Shown: piece after piece, positions 58,824 through 64,000 of the stretch
How the letters are laid out: the number at the start of each line of letters is the position of its first letter
Numbering within the stretch: the stretch's first letter is position 1
IMG/VR virus record: IMGVR_UViG_3300027708_000016
Strand: one strand, 5' to 3'
Source of the DNA: a virus
Taxonomy: Duplodnaviria; Caudoviricetes
DNA: 64,000 nucleotides
The notes under the pieces: model-generated
Told to the model about the DNA's origin: nothing
What the model saw: the letters and a program-made list of their open reading frames with translations, nothing else
The model's database searches: none
Made by a program: the position numbers and the translations under genes

Positions 58824-59915
58824 TTAGTTCTTCTTTGTGAATTTACCAAGGGCATCCCTCAAGTTGTGGAAGAGAGATCCATCTGGCTTCTTGCCATACT
58901 GGTTGTCATCAGAGTGACAAGATCCACCACAACAAGTTGTCTCCTCGGTTTGAGTGTATCCACACTTCTTGTCAAGGTAATCATTGAAGGTTGGCTCATC
59001 ACAAAGACCAGCATCTTCAACATCCCTGCATGACCCACAACGAGATTTCTCGTAGTCATCATAAGTGTTAGTGAGATCAGTTCCACAGATAGTGCAGAGT
59101 GCTGGCTCATCGTTGTCCTTGTCCTCGTAGTCTCCACCATCGGAGGAGTAGAGATCGGAGTCGAATCCGTTCTCTCCACGACCCAACTTCTCCCTCCAAT
59201 TCTCGGTGTATTCAGCGATCACCTCATACTTGCAAGTGCGACCCTTGGTGTTGTTGTAGTCAGCAGGGATAGCAACTACATCCTTGGGATTGATCTTGAC
59301 GATCATGGTCTTGCCTCCGTTGCTGTCAGAGAAGTGAGGGAGATACTTGATGGAGCAGAAGTGCAAACCATAAGAGCAAGTGCGATCCTTGTCCTCATCC
59401 ACCTTGTAGCGAGGCATCTCACACACCTTGCCAACAGAGTTGTCAAATGATCCAGAGTGAATGTCCTTGTAGTCAGCACGAACATTCTTGAAGGCGAGGA
59501 AGAATCCATCCTCGGTGATAGGCAACTCTCCAACATCAAGGAAGTCATACAACTCATTGACTGCACGATAGGAGGAGTTCTCCATCAAGTTGTAGAGGAA
59601 ATTGAGCAAAGGCTTGAATGGCAAGTCCTGTTGCATGAAGGAGATCACCCTCTTGGTGAGAGTATTGTGAACTGGTTCTCCCTTATAGACGATGATGCCA
59701 TCAAGGATCTGGACATCGGTGTTGAGAACGAAGTCCCTCACCTTACGAGACAGATCGACTGCATCAAGGAAAGCATCCCAATTCTGTGCTTTGACAGCAT
59801 CAAGAGCTTTGGTGTAGTTTGGGTGAGTTTGGTCAATCGTGTAGATTGCCCCGTTGATACAAGCAGAGATTTTTCCCTGTCCTGTAATGGTGACTGCATT
59901 GTTGGTGTTATTCAT
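58824..59915 (-). CDS. rIIB: RIIB-like protein
   Basis: HPNY, FL.NLMEN.S..AV.ELYDFL, PITEDG.FLA.K.V, DNSVG, CS.GLH.CS..Y, K.RTC.YEV. Confidence 0.92.
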   Translation of the reverse strand: MNNTNNAVTITGQGKISACINGAIYTIDQTHPNYTKALDAVKAQNWDAFLDAVDLSRKVRDFVLNTDVQILDGIIVYKGEPVHNTLTKRVISFMQQDLPFKPLLNFLYNLMENSSYRAVNELYDFLDVGELPITEDGFFLAFKNVRADYKDIHSGSFDNSVGKVCEMPRYKVDEDKDRTCSYGLHFCSIKYLPHFSDSNGGKTMIVKINPKDVVAIPADYNNTKGRTCKYEVIAEYTENWREKLGRGENGFDSDLYSSDGGDYEDKDNDEPALCTICGTDLTNTYDDYEKSRCGSCRDVEDAGLCDEPTFNDYLDKKCGYTQTEETTCCGGSCHSDDNQYGKKPDGSLFHNLRDALGKFTKKN

Positions 59916-59953
59916 ATAGTGATACTACTTTGTTTTGTTTGGGTTGTCAATAC

Positions 59954-61936
59954 TTATTTTTCTAGTTTCTTTGCGAGGAGAAGATACATCTGTTGATCGT
60001 CTCCATAAGAACCTAACAGATTAGAGAGAAGGAAGTCAAGTGCTTTATCTGCCATCTTGAAAGTATCTCCCATAACCTTTTGATCCAAGAAGGGAAGAAC
60101 ATTCTGGACTTTCTCATACTTATTACCAAGTGACTTGAGCTTGACAAGCATCTGCTTAATGAGGTTGGAGTCATCAAGGTCTTTATACTCTTTATGAGCA
60201 ACAATGTCATTGATCCTGTGCCTTGCGTAAGACGATATAACCCCTACCTCCTCCATGTCAACCCAAGTAAGGTCATGCTCCCTGTTGAACCATTCAATGA
60301 AGTCTTGACTTCCCCTTGCCTTGAGCTTCTTTGCCTCCTTCTCGGTGACAAGAACAACCTCATTGATATTGATAGTAAATGCTTGACAATAGGTGCGAAG
60401 GCGATCCTTGTCTTGGATCAGGCGAAGATTATTGAGCTTGACATTCAACTCCCATGTCTTTCCCTTGAGAATATAATACTTGGGGATATTTGTGCATGAT
60501 GGTTCGATTGTCCTTGACTCCCAAGAGACATTGTAGGTAGCCCCAATCTCGTAGCAAGTGATGTCCTCTTTAGCCTTGATAACGATTGTTCCGTTCTTGA
60601 GCTTCCTCTTGGCAGTAGGAGAAGGCAAAGAGGAAGCAGATTTGAATACATCGGGGAAACCAACCTCCAACATGGACTGCTTCTGTTCTTGGGTGAACAA
60701 GATAGCACAGGTATCACTTGTATCACGAATGAGCATCTTGATACGAGCAAATGGATTCTTACATCCTCCATCATCGTAATACCATTCAAACTTCTTATCG
60801 AAGCTGAAGGATGTGCTGGTGTTCACCTGCTTCCTGTATGAGTAGCGAGAGAAGGACTGAATAGAAGTCTTGAGAATATCCTTGACAAACTTGTGGGGTT
60901 CACTGATGTCGTAACCTTTATACACGACATCCTTCATCTCAAATGCTTGGTTGCCATAGAAGGAGAACCTCTCTTGGAAAGCTCCTAATGCCCTGATGCT
61001 GTCAAGGATATTATCCTTGGATACGATCTGATCCTTTGCCTTGTGTTTGATCTCTGTCAAGACTTTTTCCATCTTGTCATTGATAGCCTTGATAGTGGCA
61101 TCGTCATAGGAGAGATGCTCACGACTTGGAGCAAAGTCCAACTCACCCATAGCAAACTTGAGAACCACACCCTTGCGAACAATCTGGTTATACTTGTCAG
61201 CAACCTTGTAGTGGTCGATAGGATAGGTGACTCCACCCATGATTGCAAATGCCTCCCATTGTGTAGAGGAATCCAAGAACATCCAATCCTCACCAGAGAA
61301 CATAGGTTTCTCCTCTGACCAATAGCACACTCCACCAGAGGTAGTTGGCTTGACATCGAAGAAACGAAATGCTTTCTGGACTGATTTGATAAACTCATTG
61401 AAGTCTTTCTCCTTGACAGGGATCTGGACAGCAACTCCGTTTGACTCGCTAGTGTTCTCCTGACTCATCAGAGCAATCGTAGGGTTGCCATCTTGAGCAA
61501 AGTAGGCATTGTAGATTCTCTTGACTCCATCATGGATAGAGGTGACAGAGAAGTTGTCCGTATAACAGAAGGGAGACTTTGACCCAAGACCCAAGCATCC
61601 AATCTGATCGTTGGTGTTGGTCTTTGTGGACTCAAAGTAGGTGGAGTAAATGTCGTAGATGTTCTGGTGAGAGATCCCTGTTCCAAAGTCTTGAATGGTG
61701 ATCCAAGGCTCAAGAGAGTTGGGAAGGTGAATATGGAAAGGTTGATCCTTCTTACCAGAGGCAACCATTGAGTCATTAGCGTTGCATCCCAACTCCCTAA
61801 CGATTGCCAGAGGCTTATCGGAGTAGAGGTCAGAGAGGATCTGGAAGGCTTTACGAGAGGACTTCATCTTGAAGGAGGAAGTCTCGGTGATGTTTCCGAT
61901 CTGTTCGATTTGATTAGGTGTGTCGAGTAGTTTCAT
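59954..61936 (-). CDS. rIIA: RIIA-like protein (N-terminal GHKL/HATPase fold)
   Basis: KAFQILSDLYSDKPLAIVRELGCNA.D, QDFGTG, STK..TNDQIG.LGLGSKSPF.YTD; upstream of rIIB. Confidence 0.93.
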   Translation of the reverse strand: MKLLDTPNQIEQIGNITETSSFKMKSSRKAFQILSDLYSDKPLAIVRELGCNANDSMVASGKKDQPFHIHLPNSLEPWITIQDFGTGISHQNIYDIYSTYFESTKTNTNDQIGCLGLGSKSPFCYTDNFSVTSIHDGVKRIYNAYFAQDGNPTIALMSQENTSESNGVAVQIPVKEKDFNEFIKSVQKAFRFFDVKPTTSGGVCYWSEEKPMFSGEDWMFLDSSTQWEAFAIMGGVTYPIDHYKVADKYNQIVRKGVVLKFAMGELDFAPSREHLSYDDATIKAINDKMEKVLTEIKHKAKDQIVSKDNILDSIRALGAFQERFSFYGNQAFEMKDVVYKGYDISEPHKFVKDILKTSIQSFSRYSYRKQVNTSTSFSFDKKFEWYYDDGGCKNPFARIKMLIRDTSDTCAILFTQEQKQSMLEVGFPDVFKSASSLPSPTAKRKLKNGTIVIKAKEDITCYEIGATYNVSWESRTIEPSCTNIPKYYILKGKTWELNVKLNNLRLIQDKDRLRTYCQAFTININEVVLVTEKEAKKLKARGSQDFIEWFNREHDLTWVDMEEVGVISSYARHRINDIVAHKEYKDLDDSNLIKQMLVKLKSLGNKYEKVQNVLPFLDQKVMGDTFKMADKALDFLLSNLLGSYGDDQQMYLLLAKKLEK

Positions 61937-61962
61937 GGGTTGTTTGGTTGGTGTTGAAGATG

Positions 61963-62210
61963 ACAATATACAAAACCATTCCCCATGCAACAAAAATTTT
62001 CACCAACTTTTGCGTAAGACGCTGTTATTAGATGTCCAGTTACCTTGCGTAAGACCTTGAAAGTAGTCATATAATACTAACAACGTCTTACGCAGCGGCG
62101 GATAGAACGCAAATGTTTAGAATTTTTGTTGGTTTGGTTTCTTACATTGTTTTTGAAAGTAATGTAAAAAACAAAAAAAACCCCAACCACCGAGCGAGGT
62201 GATTGGGGTT
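61963..62210 (-). promoter_or_regulatory. Cassette head 10
   Basis: Motifs 62012, 62047 (variant), 62084; TTGCAT..TATTGT, 21 nt from motif; terminator about 62175-62210. Confidence 0.8.
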
Positions 62211-62971
62211 TGCTCTTGCAACCGAATTGTTGCTTATTTCTTCTTCCTATTACAAGTCCACTTACCGAGGCTGTCACGACGATTGTGATAGCGGCACATG
62301 AGCTTCATCTTGCCAAACTGATTGACTGCTCCAAGAAGGCTATACCGAGAAGTATTGATCTCCTCCATGACTACTGCCTTCTTCACATCAGTTGGAAGAG
62401 TATTGAATCCCCCGATATACGAGAAATCTTTAACTACGATTGTGTTATTGGTCATTATTATTTCACCTCCTTTTGTTTGTATTGAAAAATTATCCTACAA
62501 AAGAACCATCCTTGTTCATGGATATGCCCCTTGCCTTTGCTCTCTTGTCAAGTCTCTTGGCACGACAGGTTGCAATCTCTTCCCTCTCCTTTTGTGAAAG
62601 GTTAAGAAGATCATACTTGGTTTCCTTGTCTAGCTTGTGCCAGACGGATTCCGTTTTCATTACATTTTTAGCTCTCCAGATCATTTATATATTATGCACT
62701 AGGTGCGTTAGAATGTCAATAGTATTGTTTTTATTGTTTTAGGGATGGAAGTCCTCTGGAAGTCCATTAGGTAACTGCTCATGCCTCGTCCTCCTCTACT
62801 TCTTCCAAGGTTTCAACCTCGTATTCAGCATTGCCAGATCCCCATAGTGCCTCCATAGCGATTTCAATGGCATTATCGTATGCCTCCTCTTCGTTGTTTG
62901 CCTCCACATCAAAAGACATGGAATCATAGGTTGTGCGAGTGACTTCGACTTTGTATGTTTTCTTCATAGGT

Positions 62972-63313
62972 TTAGGGTTCTAGGTTGATGTAGATTTGCT
63001 CTTTGTTGAGATCCCACAGCATATCGACAAATGCTTTCCATTCCTCCTTGGTGCAAGTATCTATTTCCTCCCCATCCTCATCGTTAATACCAGAAGAGAA
63101 CCACTCATAAGCATCGTCAATGAAACGAGCGAATCTCTCCCCTGCTATCAGAGTCAGATTGTTATCCCCATAGGAGAAATCTGGATTTGCACTCCCTAGC
63201 ATATCCCAGAACCAATCCCATTCCGCAGGGACTAGATCGGTTAGGTCTACTACTTTTACTTCTCTTGGTGTTGGTGTTGTCATGTGTCTAGCTTTTAGTT
63301 GTTCTTCAGCCAT
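62972..63313 (-). CDS. Acidic hypothetical protein
   Basis: D/E/W-rich; FSYGDNNLTL. Confidence 0.6.
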   Translation of the reverse strand: MAEEQLKARHMTTPTPREVKVVDLTDLVPAEWDWFWDMLGSANPDFSYGDNNLTLIAGERFARFIDDAYEWFSSGINDEDGEEIDTCTKEEWKAFVDMLWDLNKEQIYINLEP

Positions 63314-63483
63314 TGGCGAAGAGGTTTGACTCCCAAATCCCCCCTGTGGAAGAGATGGAATGGTTTGGTTGGATCGGAAGGGAACAAGGAGAACTTGTTA
63401 CCCTTACGGACTATTCTGATCCCCCTACTGATAGCAAGATCAATAAGGGAATCAAACTCTTTGGAGTGGTGTTTGCGGCTCAT
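63295..63483 (-). CDS. Small protein with HicA-like (dsRBD-type) pattern
   Basis: LIDLAISRGIRIVRKGNKFSLFP...HRGDLG..PLRQWLK; start refined to ATG at 63483. Confidence 0.4.
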   Translation of the reverse strand: MSRKHHSKEFDSLIDLAISRGIRIVRKGNKFSLFPSDPTKPFHLFHRGDLGVKPLRQWLKNN

Positions 63484-63493
63484 AGCGACTCTC

Positions 63494-63723
63494 ACAATAT
63501 AGAAAACATTCCACAGGTCAAACATTTTTCTGACCTATTTTTGCGTAAGACGTTATTACTAGTGCCGCCAGAAGTTTGCGTAAGACGTTGTTACCCAGAC
63601 AAAGGATTTTACAAAGTCTTTTAACATCTTACAATTACTTGCAATGTCTTCAGATGTCTTCAGAAGTCTTTCGCCTCGGAGCGAATCATTTCTGAAATAT
63701 CCACTATATTTATCGTCTTACGC
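63494..63723 (-). promoter_or_regulatory. Cassette head 11 (first promoter of the module)
   Basis: TTGACC-16-TATTGT, 21 nt from motif 63543; further motifs 63578, 63714. Confidence 0.8.
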
Positions 63724-63807
63724 AAATCTTCAGAAAGCCTTACAACAATTTACAAAATTTTGCCATGCAAGTTTTTGTAAGAATTTGTAGGTTAAACTAA
63801 TTCTAAT

Positions 63808-63889
63808 AAGTCGTTAGAAGTCGTTAGAAGTCGTTAGAAGTCGTTAGAAGTCGTTAGAAGTCGTTAAAAGTCGTTAGAAGTCGTTAGAA
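63808..63889 (+). repeat. 10-bp tandem array, right border
   Basis: (AAGTCGTTAG)x8; reverse complement core AACGACTTCT. Confidence 0.95.
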
Positions 63890-64000
63890 ATTTAGATGTT
63901 AGTTCTTGTTAGATAATTCTTTGGAACAACTCGTCTGAAGTTTTTGGGGTTGCCAAAGATGCCAGAACACAACCAAAAAATCTTTTTTTTATTTTTTTAA

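Noticed and set aside
48349-62093. Dyads as integron attC or Xer/dif sites
   Set aside because: No RYYYAAC/GTTRRRY core arrangement or 11-6-11 dif architecture, and no recombinase in the window; homologous shuffling remains possible
47903-63723. GCGTAAGACG repeats as a CRISPR array
   Set aside because: Repeats are only 10-14 bp, occur in both orientations, are separated by whole genes rather than 30-40 nt spacers, and no cas genes are visible

Overview
This is a 64-kb segment of a large, AT-rich, T4-like lytic bacteriophage. The evidence is rIIA/rIIB, nrdAB, T4-type late-promoter-like TAA[AG]TA elements, about 19 tRNAs, a tmRNA and free-standing homing endonucleases. A PEP-CTERM protein, a TIGR02597-like protein and a PVC-type HNH gene point to a Verrucomicrobia/PVC host (inference). 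There are three zones. (1) 1-22.7 kb: nucleotide metabolism (nrdB, nrdA, dCMP deaminase), a DNA methyltransferase, GDP-fucose and sulfation genes (gmd, fcl, cysC, DUF2061), and many small early genes behind a repeated sigma70 promoter unit. (2) 22.7-47.7 kb: tRNA/tmRNA region with atypical tRNAs (Ser-ACU, long-arm Ile-UAU, short-arm Leu-UAA), a 34-codon tmRNA tag, candidate structured ncRNAs, a ubiquitin-like MoaD/ThiS protein, an AAA+/vWA/metallopeptidase module, and late genes sharing an N-terminal 'L.EAY..V..E' motif. (3) 47.7-63.9 kb: a visibly GC-richer, entirely leftward-transcribed 16-kb module bounded by inverted 10-bp tandem arrays. It is built from about 11 repeated cassettes: terminator, inverted GCGTAAGACG dyad, helically phased sigma70 promoter, gene(s). 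It holds 33 perfect and 4 near-perfect copies of the motif, and I saw none in the first 47.7 kb. It ends in a small ribbon-helix-helix gene that is the best candidate binder. Zone 3 is the most likely undescribed system: a first-injected or terminal-repeat host-takeover module with its own DNA-motif code. All family assignments come from recalled motifs, not database searches.
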